Of a DNA stretch of 62,365 nucleotides, positions 1-9,500 are shown one piece after another. Source of the DNA: a virus. Its lineage: Duplodnaviria; Caudoviricetes. The notes under the pieces were generated by a model, which was not told the origin of the DNA, ran no database searches, and saw nothing but the letters and a program-made list of their open reading frames with translations. Where the stretch lies: positions 1 to 62,365 of IMG/VR virus record IMGVR_UViG_3300012920_000037. One strand, 5' to 3'. A program made the translations under genes and the position numbers. Numbering within the stretch: the first letter of the stretch is position 1; each line of letters opens with the position of its first letter.

Positions 1-1
1 C

Positions 2-196
2 ACCACAGCGCGTTCTAGATGTGGAATTAAAGTACCTAGAGGAACAAAAGCAAAAGTTGTTGTACTCGCATGGGTTGACGACAAGTTTGACAACTTCATC
101 ATGGAACACACAAGACACGGAAACCCAAAGCCCGGACTCGATGATGAAGCGGATGCGATTGTAGTTGCTCTTTCCCATTTTGATTTGAGAGACTAA
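2..196 (+). CDS. RuvC-like Holliday junction resolvase, C-terminal fragment (partial at window edge)
   Basis: Not in ORF track; frame 2 reads ...GIKVPRGTKAKVVVLAWV...GNPKPGLDDEADAIVVA..., D-x-x-D-A motif typical of RuvC C-terminus; TAA 194-196. Confidence 0.6.
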   Translation, partial: TTARSRCGIKVPRGTKAKVVVLAWVDDKFDNFIMEHTRHGNPKPGLDDEADAIVVALSHFDLRD

Positions 197-199
197 TTA
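193..199 (+). promoter_or_regulatory. putative late promoter motif CTAATTA
   Basis: CTAWTTA motif 22 nt before ATG 222. Confidence 0.5.
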
Positions 200-221
200 T
201 TGAGTTACTGGAGACCTCGAC

Positions 222-563
222 ATGAAACTTACTCAAACCAAACTAAAGCACATGATCTCAAGCATTTTGAATGAATCCAAAGACAGAGATGATCACGTTA
301 ACGCAGCATTCAATGCAATTGAATTTTACGAAGAGGGTTTTTCTGGAGAGGATCCCACAAGAAACTCCATGCAAGCTCTTGGAGGATTAGCTAATTTGAT
401 TAGCAAGGGAATCATAGCATGTATTAAACAAGGACCATCCCATGCGTCTGCTCAAATGGAGCTGATTAACAAGGCTAAAGAATTAGGTATTTTTGAAGAA
501 GTCGCCGAAGGCGTTATTGATATGACTAAAGAAGATGTGTCTCCGGAAATCAGACTAAAATGA
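222..563 (+). CDS. hypothetical protein with class A leader (putative internal virion protein)
   Basis: MKLTQTKLKHMISSILNES leader; GGAG RBS. Confidence 0.75.
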   Translation: MKLTQTKLKHMISSILNESKDRDDHVNAAFNAIEFYEEGFSGEDPTRNSMQALGGLANLISKGIIACIKQGPSHASAQMELINKAKELGIFEEVAEGVIDMTKEDVSPEIRLK

Positions 564-1192
564 AACTTACTGAAGCAATATTGAAACGAATGATCCTTGA
601 AGAAATGAACTCCGGCCTTCTCCAAGAAGCTGCGAAAGGACCACAAGATCTCCCAGAAGACGTATTCGTCAGAGTCTTTCATCAAGGACCAGATAAAAAT
701 TTAATTACCATACTCTTTACAGACAGAGATGGAAACTACATTCCTCCTGTTGCTAAGTCTGGAGAAAATAATCCAATCTATGGAGATGTTACCTTTAATT
801 TAAAAAGTACACATCTCGAGTGCGATAATTCTTCTGTGATTGCTGTAACGGAGGTAGCTGATGGCTGGGGACCGATGTTGTATGATATCGCTATGGAGAT
901 CGGCACAATGAGAGCAAATGGGCTAACACCAGACCGAAGATCCGTGTCTCCGGAAGCCCAAGATGTTTGGTGGAACTATCTTAATATGAGACCTGACGTC
1001 AAAGCGCACCAATTAGACAATGAGTATAACGAGTTGACTCCTGAAGATTCAGACAACTGTGTGCAGATGATGTCTAGAGAGCGAGCTGAGGACTACGGTG
1101 GAGAGTGGAAAGACAATGCTCTTTCAAAAAGATTTACAAAAGAAGTGACTGTATTAGATCAAATTCGAGATCAATTAATTTGGGAAATTTAA
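560..1192 (+). CDS. GNAT-like protein with class A leader
   Basis: MKLTEAILKRMILEEM leader; GWGPMLYDIAME..GLTPDR..EAQDVW and TPEDSDNC align with the three paralogs at 17741-20177. Confidence 0.65.
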   Translation: MKLTEAILKRMILEEMNSGLLQEAAKGPQDLPEDVFVRVFHQGPDKNLITILFTDRDGNYIPPVAKSGENNPIYGDVTFNLKSTHLECDNSSVIAVTEVADGWGPMLYDIAMEIGTMRANGLTPDRRSVSPEAQDVWWNYLNMRPDVKAHQLDNEYNELTPEDSDNCVQMMSRERAEDYGGEWKDNALSKRFTKEVTVLDQIRDQLIWEI

Positions 1193-1202
1193 AACTTTTT
1201 AC

Positions 1203-1231
1203 TTGACAAGCATACACATACGTGTTACATT
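1203..1231 (+). promoter_or_regulatory. sigma70-type early promoter
   Basis: TTGACA-17 bp-TACATT with extended -10 TG. Confidence 0.8.
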
Positions 1232-1250
1232 ATAAATACACGGAGGAAAT

Positions 1251-1766
1251 ATGCAATACACAGTTTTAATCCCAGGTGGTTTCAAACCACCTCATAAAGG
1301 TCACTACGACTATATCAAGTTTTATCTAGATAATCCTGACGTTGAGCGAGTGATTATGTTCTGCGGCGACAAAGAACGCGACGGAGTGACTTTAGAGCAT
1401 ACCGAGAAGATCCTCGAGATCTATGGATTACTATCTCATCCAAAGATGGATTACAGAAGAGCAACAGTGCGAGAAGGAAAGAAGAAAAACTTCACCAATC
1501 CTCTTGCTGACTGTTTTGATTGGGGCGACGAGAATACCAAACACCACTTCGGCCTTGCTTGCTCCGAGAAAGATTCGGGATATCAAGTATCGTTCGGTGA
1601 TTACTTTTACGGAAACGACAAGTACGTGCTCGTGCCCGTATTTAAAATGAATGACGTTATCTCAGCAACCCAATTCCGAGCAGCATTACAAAACAACGAA
1701 TCAATCGCAAAGTTTTTGCCCGAGGGGGTAAGTGAAGAAGAAATTAGGGCACTATTTATAGCATAA
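1251..1766 (+). CDS. cytidyltransferase-like (HIGH superfamily) nucleotidyltransferase
   Basis: PGGFKPPHKGH (HxGH) and ISATQFR motifs. Confidence 0.85.
   Translation: MQYTVLIPGGFKPPHKGHYDYIKFYLDNPDVERVIMFCGDKERDGVTLEHTEKILEIYGLLSHPKMDYRRATVREGKKKNFTNPLADCFDWGDENTKHHFGLACSEKDSGYQVSFGDYFYGNDKYVLVPVFKMNDVISATQFRAALQNNESIAKFLPEGVSEEEIRALFIA
1752..1758 (+). promoter_or_regulatory. putative late promoter motif CTATTTA
   Basis: 30 nt before ATG 1789. Confidence 0.5.
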
Positions 1767-1788
1767 TAGTTGTTATGGAGACAAACAA

Positions 1789-2208
1789 ATGAAACTTACA
1801 AAAAAAACATTAAAAAGAATTATCTTAGAGGAACTTAACGTAGTGTCCGAAGAAGAAAAGACACCAGAAGTTACTAAGGAACAAGATGCTGCTGCTAAAG
1901 AAATCGCCAAGAATCCAAAGCCGTTTCATGATGCCCTCTTTAAAGCCCTAGATGCTGACCCTGAGGTTCAAAAAATGCTTAGACAACAGAACGAGTCTAA
2001 CGATCCTTTTGAAGATTTTCCTGTGGCTACAACATATGCAGCAACGATGTCTCCAGTTATGGCCCTCGCCACAGGCCCACTCTTAGCAAAGGTTGCTGCC
2101 GCCGTCGGTGTAACCGCTGGTGTCGCTGGTGTTGGAACCATGGCTATTGGTGCTTTGGTGCCTCTTGCCCTTGCCTATCTTTACGATAAGAAAGGTGGTC
2201 GAATTTAA
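1789..2208 (+). CDS. hypothetical protein with class A leader and hydrophobic C-terminus
   Basis: MKLTKKTLKRIILEEL leader; long Ala/Gly/Val-rich hydrophobic C-terminal segment. Confidence 0.75.
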   Translation: MKLTKKTLKRIILEELNVVSEEEKTPEVTKEQDAAAKEIAKNPKPFHDALFKALDADPEVQKMLRQQNESNDPFEDFPVATTYAATMSPVMALATGPLLAKVAAAVGVTAGVAGVGTMAIGALVPLALAYLYDKKGGRI

Positions 2209-2222
2209 TCTAAACTTTTTAC

Positions 2223-2251
2223 TTGACAAACCTTCTGTGATGTGTTACATT
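2223..2251 (+). promoter_or_regulatory. sigma70-type early promoter
   Basis: TTGACA-17 bp-TACATT, extended -10. Confidence 0.8.
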
Positions 2252-2268
2252 ATAAACAGGAGGACATT

Positions 2269-3204
2269 ATGATCGAGGACAAAAGAAAAATTGTGACCCA
2301 AGTGCTTGGGTCTTATTATCAAAAGGGCGATGAGCATTTGTATCATTGCCCTTATTGTAATCACCACAAAAAGAAAATGTCGGTGAACTTCGCAAATGGT
2401 TTTTTCAAATGCTGGATTTGCGATGAAAGAGGAAAGAACATTTACCGAATTGTAAGAAAGTTCGGCACATACCAGCAACGACAAAAGTATCTTGAACTAC
2501 AAGGCAGACTTGACCTTAACGAGTTCGAAGATCTCTTCAAAGAATTAAACAACGAAGAAGAGAAGCAGCAAATAGATTTGCCCGAAGAGTTCATCTCGTT
2601 ATGCAACAAAGATTTGCCGATGGAGACTACGGATGCATTTCGTTATTTATCATCTCGAGGTATTGGTCGTCGAGAAATATTAAAATGGAAGATTGGCTAT
2701 TGCAAGGAGGGACGCTATGCCGGAAGAATTATTATACCGTCGTTTGACGTGGAAGGAGATTGCAATTACTTCATTGCTCGCAGTTACGTTGGGCATTCTT
2801 ATAGGTACCTCAACCCTCCAGCAGACCGTGATATCGTTTTTAACGAACTGATGATTGATTGGGATGAACCTGTTATTCTTGTCGAAGGTGTCTTTGACGC
2901 AATTGCGGCAGGAGGTAACGCAATCCCCATCCTTGGCTCAACCTTGCGAGAACGCTCTCGTCTGTTTCAAGCCATTGCTGTACACGACACACCGGTCTAC
3001 ATGGCTCTTGATGGAGATGCCGAAAAGAAAGCAGAGTGGATCATTAAGTCCATGCTCAAGTATGACCTCGAAGTATTTAAGGTGCCCATTGACGAAGAAG
3101 ACGTATCGGAGATGGGAGTAGAAGAGTTCAAAGACAGACTACTTAGTTCTAGACAAATAAAGAATGAGATGTATTTCTTTGAGCAAATGTTGGAGAACAT
3201 TTAA
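2269..3204 (+). CDS. DNA primase (zinc finger + TOPRIM)
   Basis: CPYC..CWIC zinc ribbon, RIIIP, VEGVFDA and DGD TOPRIM motifs; start moved to ATG 2269 after AGGAGG RBS. Confidence 0.9.
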   Translation: MIEDKRKIVTQVLGSYYQKGDEHLYHCPYCNHHKKKMSVNFANGFFKCWICDERGKNIYRIVRKFGTYQQRQKYLELQGRLDLNEFEDLFKELNNEEEKQQIDLPEEFISLCNKDLPMETTDAFRYLSSRGIGRREILKWKIGYCKEGRYAGRIIIPSFDVEGDCNYFIARSYVGHSYRYLNPPADRDIVFNELMIDWDEPVILVEGVFDAIAAGGNAIPILGSTLRERSRLFQAIAVHDTPVYMALDGDAEKKAEWIIKSMLKYDLEVFKVPIDEEDVSEMGVEEFKDRLLSSRQIKNEMYFFEQMLENI

Positions 3205-3777
3205 ATGAAATTAACAGAAGCAAAATTAAGACTTATAATCAACGAAGTGATTAGCGAATCAATTGATGACCTAGGATCCTACAGAAAATATTTAGCAATG
3301 GACGATATATCTGTAGATTCTGAAGATTATGAAGACCACATAAAAGATGCATCAACTGGAAACTGTGGTAAATTCACCTTGACTTTATTGGTGAGATTGT
3401 TAGAATTAAGAGAAAAAGGAATCGTCAAAGACATTGACCTAATGATTCTCTATGATAAACAGACCGTTACCAATTCAGAAGGAATAAATAAAATTGAAGA
3501 CCTAATCGGATCCTTTGTTAATCACGCTTTTGTTTTTGCTGATGGGTTTTATTATGACGTCAATGGAAGATTTAACGAATCAGAACTATCTTCTCACTTA
3601 AGAGATTACACAGGCTCCATGGATGAGCCATTTTTAAATTCTTTTGAAGTAAATAATCTAAATGATGTTCAGAGATATCATAGTGTATTGAACGATATGG
3701 GCTCTCTAGATAATCGTAGTTGCTCTGGATATGAGAGTGCCGTTGAAGATATAATCATGAAAACATATTTTAATTAA
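3205..3777 (+). CDS. putative Cys-His-Asp (papain/transglutaminase-like) enzyme with class A leader
   Basis: MKLTEAKLRLIINEVISES leader; GNCGKF, NHAFV, FYYDVNG motifs. Confidence 0.55.
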   Translation: MKLTEAKLRLIINEVISESIDDLGSYRKYLAMDDISVDSEDYEDHIKDASTGNCGKFTLTLLVRLLELREKGIVKDIDLMILYDKQTVTNSEGINKIEDLIGSFVNHAFVFADGFYYDVNGRFNESELSSHLRDYTGSMDEPFLNSFEVNNLNDVQRYHSVLNDMGSLDNRSCSGYESAVEDIIMKTYFN

Positions 3778-3794
3778 AAAATAAATAAAAATAC

Positions 3795-3823
3795 TTGACA
3801 AGACAACTCCGACATGTTATATT
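3795..3823 (+). promoter_or_regulatory. sigma70-type early promoter
   Basis: TTGACA-17 bp-TATATT, extended -10. Confidence 0.8.
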
Positions 3824-3844
3824 AATAATAACACTGGAGGATAT

Positions 3845-4678
3845 ATGGGTGGAAATATTTTTAAAGATAAGGCAACGTCAATTACAAAAGATAGAGTTGC
3901 ACCAACGATCGAAGCATACAAGCGTACACTAGGCAAAATATTCCCAATGAAGGCACACTCTCTTTCATTCTTTGAACCAGTAGGTTCTGCTGGTAAGAAA
4001 GAAGTGTCTGGAGATTTAGATCTCGCTATTGATTGGACGCACATCGTACGATCGTTTACTTCTGATGAATTGCAGAAGTGGGATATTGAATATGATGAGT
4101 GGAATGACGCGTATACAAAGATCCACAAAAGATCCCGCACTGCGACATATCACATGAGCAAGATGCGTGCTTTATTATCTTTAATATCCGTAAAACTTGC
4201 GGAGAATGGAATACAATTAGGTGGAGATGTAACAGCCGGAAACATCTTCACATGCTTTCCACAGTATGACGAGAATGGACCAACAGATGACTACGTACAA
4301 ATAGACTGGATGGTCGGAGACATTGATTGGCTCACTTGGTCGTACTATTCTCATGGAGAGTATGGACTAAAAGGTTTACACAGGACGCAGTTCCTTGTCG
4401 CACTATTTTCAGAGATTGGATACACATTTAACCACTTTTCGGGCATAAAGAAGAAAAAGACAAAAGAGTGGCTAATTTCGAGTCCCGAGGATGCCCTACA
4501 ACTGCTTTCAGAGCACTACGGAATGGTAACACATAGCCAAACCCAAACGTTCGCTCAGCTCCATTCTTGGCTGTTGAACTGCGAATCAGGCTCTTATTTC
4601 AAGGTTATAAATCGATACAAAGAAATATTGAGAGTACAGAAACAAAATATTCCGAACGTGCTCACTCATACTATTTAA
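3845..4678 (+). CDS. Pol beta-superfamily nucleotidyltransferase
   Basis: GSAGKKEVSGDLDL (GS..DxD) and VQIDW third Asp. Confidence 0.75.
   Translation: MGGNIFKDKATSITKDRVAPTIEAYKRTLGKIFPMKAHSLSFFEPVGSAGKKEVSGDLDLAIDWTHIVRSFTSDELQKWDIEYDEWNDAYTKIHKRSRTATYHMSKMRALLSLISVKLAENGIQLGGDVTAGNIFTCFPQYDENGPTDDYVQIDWMVGDIDWLTWSYYSHGEYGLKGLHRTQFLVALFSEIGYTFNHFSGIKKKKTKEWLISSPEDALQLLSEHYGMVTHSQTQTFAQLHSWLLNCESGSYFKVINRYKEILRVQKQNIPNVLTHTI
4671..4677 (+). promoter_or_regulatory. putative late promoter motif CTATTTA
   Basis: 9 nt before the tRNA 5' end. Confidence 0.5.
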
Positions 4679-4686
4679 TTAAACAT

Positions 4687-4762
4687 GGGGGTGTAGCTCA
4701 GTTGGGAGAGCAACTGCCTTGCACGCAGTAGGTCGCAAGTTCGACTCTTGTCATCTCCACCA
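4687..4762 (+). tRNA. tRNA-Ala(UGC)
   Basis: 76 nt cloverleaf, anticodon arm ACTGC-CTTGCAC-GCAGT, GTTCGA T-loop, G3:U70 Ala identity pair, encoded CCA. Confidence 0.97.
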
Positions 4763-4800
4763 TTTAAAAACTTAGTTCTTTGGAGCTCTCACACTTTTCG

Positions 4801-4824
4801 CCTCTCTTCGGAGAGGTTTTTTTT
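4801..4824 (+). terminator. rho-independent terminator
   Basis: CCTCTC-TTCG-GAGAGG followed by T8. Confidence 0.85.
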
Positions 4825-4833
4825 GGAGTCAAA

Positions 4834-5043
4834 ATGATAACACTAGATCTTCACGGATTACGACATGAAGACGCCAAACGCAAACTTGAACTATTTATTA
4901 ATGACCATTGGGGTGAAATGCTCAAGATTATAACTGGTCACTCAAGTTCCATGAGGGACATTGTTTCCTCGACAGCAGAGTCATACAATCTTGATTTTGC
5001 ATGTGAGCCATTAGGCACATACATAATAATAAAGTCACACTAG
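4834..5043 (+). CDS. Smr/MutS2-like small domain protein
   Basis: TLDLHG and IITGH motifs; start at ATG 4834 after GGAG. Confidence 0.8.
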   Translation: MITLDLHGLRHEDAKRKLELFINDHWGEMLKIITGHSSSMRDIVSSTAESYNLDFACEPLGTYIIIKSH

Positions 5044-5051
5044 GAGAAACT

Positions 5052-5963
5052 ATGTTGCTATCACTTTTATTACTTGCTTGCGGTGGAGACATCGGAATTA
5101 GAACTGTCGATAAAATACAAGTCGACGATACTGGTTACGAAATCATCGACACAGCATACCCTGAGCCTGCTGCAGAACCTTCAACAGAACCTGCGGCTGA
5201 GCCAAGCACGGAACCATCTAGCGAACCTCTAAACGGAACTGTTGGGCTTGTAAATTTTAATTTGGAACAAGTTGCCTGTCAAGCATGCATGGGAGTAAGT
5301 CAAGAAATTACAATTCAATTGGATGCAAAATTTCACGAGAAAATAAACGAAACACATCCAACGTGGTTCCCGCCCGCCGGACAGTGTACAACAAACACCA
5401 ATCCCTTGCAGATCAATGTGGCTACAAAGAATGTTGGGCAATCCCTGAATATTATTGGTAATCCAAACTCATTTACTGCTTTTAACAACGGTGCAAACAC
5501 ATACACAGGATTTATTCAAGAGTATCAATATGATCGAGACACGAATATGCAAGTACATTTGCAAGACGGTTCAGCCTTCCAGTTTCGCTCTATCCACGGA
5601 TTTGATTTTGTAGAACCCTATGAGATGCGCTATGTCGACATTTCTTACGCCTTCGCAGCGGTAGTATCTAAATCTGGAACACAGTTCCAATGGGGGCCTG
5701 CCGGAGGACCTGATCTGTTCAACATTACAATCGCGACATATTCTCCAGACGGCAGTCAACTGCTTGGTGTGATATCATGCTCGACCGCAGACAGCGGATA
5801 CTATGTGTTTGACGGATCATACTTTCAATCGTATCCAACATGGTCTTTGACTGCTATTCACATGACGAGATTTTCTCAACAGAGAGTCCCATATGAAGGC
5901 TTGAATGGTTATGTTGATGTACAATTAGAGTGGTCTGTTGTAGGAACAGGACATATTGAGTAA
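5052..5963 (+). CDS. lipoprotein with EP-rich linker
   Basis: MLLSLLLLACGG lipobox; EPAAEPSTEP repeats. Confidence 0.8.
   Translation: MLLSLLLLACGGDIGIRTVDKIQVDDTGYEIIDTAYPEPAAEPSTEPAAEPSTEPSSEPLNGTVGLVNFNLEQVACQACMGVSQEITIQLDAKFHEKINETHPTWFPPAGQCTTNTNPLQINVATKNVGQSLNIIGNPNSFTAFNNGANTYTGFIQEYQYDRDTNMQVHLQDGSAFQFRSIHGFDFVEPYEMRYVDISYAFAAVVSKSGTQFQWGPAGGPDLFNITIATYSPDGSQLLGVISCSTADSGYYVFDGSYFQSYPTWSLTAIHMTRFSQQRVPYEGLNGYVDVQLEWSVVGTGHIE
5163..5228 (+). repeat. EPxx tetrapeptide coding repeat
   Basis: EPAA-EPST-EPAA-EPST-EPSS-EP. Confidence 0.7.
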
Positions 5964-6005
5964 CTTCCGCTAGACCCGATACTAGTTACTAGTGGAGGGT
6001 TTCAT

Positions 6006-6212
6006 GTGGATGATATTGGGATCGGCTCTTTAGTTATTTTCCTTGAAGATTTCATGAGCGATACAATACCAAATGTCGGTATTGTATTGTCTGTGATTTC
6101 GTTTGATGAATTAACTGGGGATGAACTCGGTCAAGATATCACATGGTACTCCGTTATGTTTGGAGAAGTTGATATTGTTGTATCATCGGAGATGGTTATT
6201 TTACTAAATTAA
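6006..6212 (+). CDS. small KOW/SH3-like hypothetical protein
   Basis: IGSLVIF..VGIVL..YSVMF pattern shared with 57490-58073; GTG start, GGAGG RBS. Confidence 0.6.
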   Translation: MDDIGIGSLVIFLEDFMSDTIPNVGIVLSVISFDELTGDELGQDITWYSVMFGEVDIVVSSEMVILLN

Positions 6213-6213
6213 C

Positions 6214-6242
6214 TTGACAATCATTCGCCAACGTGTTATATT
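6214..6242 (+). promoter_or_regulatory. sigma70-type early promoter
   Basis: TTGACA-17 bp-TATATT, extended -10. Confidence 0.8.
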
Positions 6243-6264
6243 ATATTATACATTGGAGGATGAA

Positions 6265-6585
6265 ATGAACAAATTTATTGACGAAGGCTTAAAGGCTGGG
6301 TATGAATTTATTATTATAGAACCACAAGAGGGCTACAATGAAGCAATTGTGGCTTTTGATAGAGGCAGACTTGTATATGATACAGAAATGCTTATGGACG
6401 CCATGAGGAAGTATCACCATTGGGAATACGGCACTGCTATAACTTGGTTTGAATATAACACGTTAGCTCTCACACATATGGAGGGTGGACCATTATTTTT
6501 TGAACCAGAGGAGAAATATTACTTGACACATGAAGACAAACCTGTTACATTAGAAGTACGCAAGAAAATCATGGAGGACAAATGA
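6265..6585 (+). CDS. hypothetical phage protein
   Basis: start at ATG 6265 after GGAGG; GYNEAIV..LVYD..AITWFEYNT..GP pattern. Confidence 0.75.
   Translation: MNKFIDEGLKAGYEFIIIEPQEGYNEAIVAFDRGRLVYDTEMLMDAMRKYHHWEYGTAITWFEYNTLALTHMEGGPLFFEPEEKYYLTHEDKPVTLEVRKKIMEDK
6523..6551 (+). promoter_or_regulatory. sigma70-type early promoter inside coding sequence
   Basis: TTGACA-17 bp-TACATT, extended -10, 30 nt before ATG 6582. Confidence 0.75.
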
Positions 6586-9500
6586 AACGAATTGCACACA
6601 TATCAGATACACACATTAGAAACCTTAAATACCATGACGAATACCGCCATGTCTTTAACGAGATATATGATAGTCTAAAGCAAGAGCAACCTGACTATAT
6701 TGTACATACTGGTGACCTCGCGCATACAAAGACACAATTGTCTCCGGAATATTTTGAGATGGCCTCAAACTTTTTGAAGTCTCTCGCAGATATTGCACCG
6801 ACAATTATGATCTTGGGCAACCACGATGGTAACCTTAAGAACGGCGACCGTCAAGATGCGGTCACGCCTGTAATTGAAGCAATGCAACATCCTAACTTTA
6901 CTTTGCTAAAGAACTCCGGAGAGTATTCACCTGAGTCAGGCTTAACATTTAACGTACTATCGGTCTTTGATAGAAGCAATTGGCAAAAGCCATCAAACAA
7001 TAGTTCGATCAATATCGCTTTGTATCACGGAGCAATTCAAGGTTCTCTCGTAGGCTCTGATTTTTCTCTGGATCACGGAGAGGATGACGTATCTATCTTT
7101 GGAGACTTTGACTATGCTATGCTTGGAGACATCCACAGAACACAATACTTAGACAAAGCAAAGCGAGTGTGGTACGCTGGATCTACTGTTCAACAGAACT
7201 TTGGAGAGAGCGAACTAAAAGGATATCTCATATGGAACATCCACTCAAAAGATAAGCACAGCGTCGAGAAAAGATTGTTTAGATCTCCACGACCATTTAT
7301 CACAGTTAGTCTCAACAAAGACGGAACTCTGCCCAAGAGAGACGTTCCTAGAGGTTCTCGCCTTAGACTTGTGTCGAATTACAATTTGCCTGTTGCGAAG
7401 CTAAAACGGGCATGTGACTACGCTCAAGTTAAGTGGAGCCCCTATACCGTTAGTTTTGTAAACAAAGCCGCTCACAGCTCTCTCGCGGGCTCTAATGGTA
7501 TATCTGCTGGTAAATCAATAAACATGCGAGATGAGAAGAACCAAGAAAAGTTCTTGCTTGAGTTCCTCAAGAATAAAGAAATTGAACAAGAAATCAAAGA
7601 TCGAGTTCTAGAGTTGTCTCGAGAATATCTCAAGAAGGTATCCAACGGAAACGAAGTTTCTCGCAACGTTTTGTGGGATATTCGTAAAATGAGTTGGAAC
7701 AATCTATTTAACTACGGAAAGGGCAACACTATTGATTTCACAAAGATCAATGGACTTGTTGGTATCTTTGGTAAGAATTACTCAGGTAAGTCTTCCATCA
7801 TCGATGCTGCATTGTTTGGTCTTTTCAATACGACATCCAAAGGAGAAAGGAAGAATGTCCATATCATCAATCAAAACAAAGAAAGAGCTTCTTGTCGCCT
7901 CGAGATCGCTGTCGGCGATGATGTTTATAAAATTGCTAGAAGCCTCGAGAAAACAACCACAAAGTCTAAAGGCAGAGAAGTCCAGTCAGCGAAAACTGAC
8001 CTAGACTTTACAAAGTACAACTTCGGAACTCAAGCGGAGTCCAAGAACGGAGATACTCGTAACAAGACTGACGAGAACATTCGTAAGACCTTTGGGTCTC
8101 TCGAAGACTTCATGATGACTTCGCTTGCTGCCCAGAACGATTCGTTTGGCTTTGTTAACGAAGGTTCGACAAAACGTAAGGAAATCCTTGCGAAGTTCCT
8201 TGACCTTCAAATCTTTGAGCAAATGAACAAACTTGCGAAGGCTGACTCGTCAGAAATGCGAGGAGTTATCAAGCACCTCAATTCTGTTGACTGGGAAAAG
8301 AAACTTGCGAGAGCAAAGGCTGAGTTCGAAGAGATTGTCGAGGACATTACAGAACAGCAGTCTCTTTGCGAAAAGCACAAGAGCAGATTGACCGAACTCA
8401 AAGATGAGCAACAGTTGATCAAGGATCAAGTTGAAGCGGCATCGCAAAAAGAGATTGACGTAGATGATGTTAAATCATTGCTCTCAAAGGCTCGTAAATC
8501 GCTCTCAAGCAATTCTAAGGAGATGGATAGGCTATCTACTGAGATCGCCACAAAACGCTCTAAGATTGAAGATTTGACGCTTAGATTGCCCTCTCTGCTT
8601 GAAGAGTCAACCACCGCTCAAGAAGAACTTGATGCTTTAGAGATTATCAAATCAGAAATAAAAGAGACTCAAAAGTCTGTTGACAAAGCAAAGCGAGAGA
8701 AGTCTAGACTTCAATCAAAGATTGATATGCTTCATGACCACGAGTACGACCCGAACTGTAGATTCTGCTGCGATAACGAATTCGTAAAGAAGGCTGAAGA
8801 AGCAAAGGTTACAATTGTCGATATACAGAAAGACATAGAGAACCTTAATTCTGCAATGCTGGACTTAAAAATGAAAGCGTCGTTGATCAACGAAGTTTAT
8901 TCAAGAGCAGTTGTGCAAGATTACGAAGTTCAGCGAGACACTCTTTCGAAAGAACAATCAGAAGTTCGGAACATGTCTCTGCAATGGGAAAACTGCGAAG
9001 GTAAGGTATCTCTGATGGAACGACGCATCCAAGACTACGAAGCGGACATCGCATACTACAACGAGAATATTGAAGCGTATGAGAACCTTACATCATTACG
9101 TCGAGACCTACAAGCAATTAACAAGACAGTGTCCTTGAAAGAAGATCAGATCAAGAAGTGTGAAGTAAAGGTACTCGAATACATGTCCGAGAAGGGGTCG
9201 TCAAAGAGAACCATCGAAGAAGCAGAAGAGCGCATAGATCAAATTAAAGCCGCCGAGAGAGACTACATCGCATATGACTTGTTTGTGCAAGCCACACATG
9301 CTAATGGTATTTCTTACGAAGTAATCAAGTCTATGATGCCTGTTATTAATGCCGAGATCCAAAAGATTCTCTCTTCCATTGTTGACTTTGAAGTGTTCTT
9401 CGACAATGACGGAGACAAACTAGAAGTATACTTGCAACACCCAAAGTATGATCCACGACCTCTGTCTATGGGCTCTGGTGCTGAAAAGACAATTGCCTCT

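Noticed and set aside
1231-1238. Canonical T4 late promoter TATAAATA
   Set aside because: Overlaps the -10/start region of a sigma70 promoter and is not seen before structural genes
7704-7710. Intragenic CTATTTA copies (also near 4891, 10552, 19368, 20364)
   Set aside because: A 7-mer of this composition occurs by chance in AT-rich DNA; these are far from starts so not called as promoters
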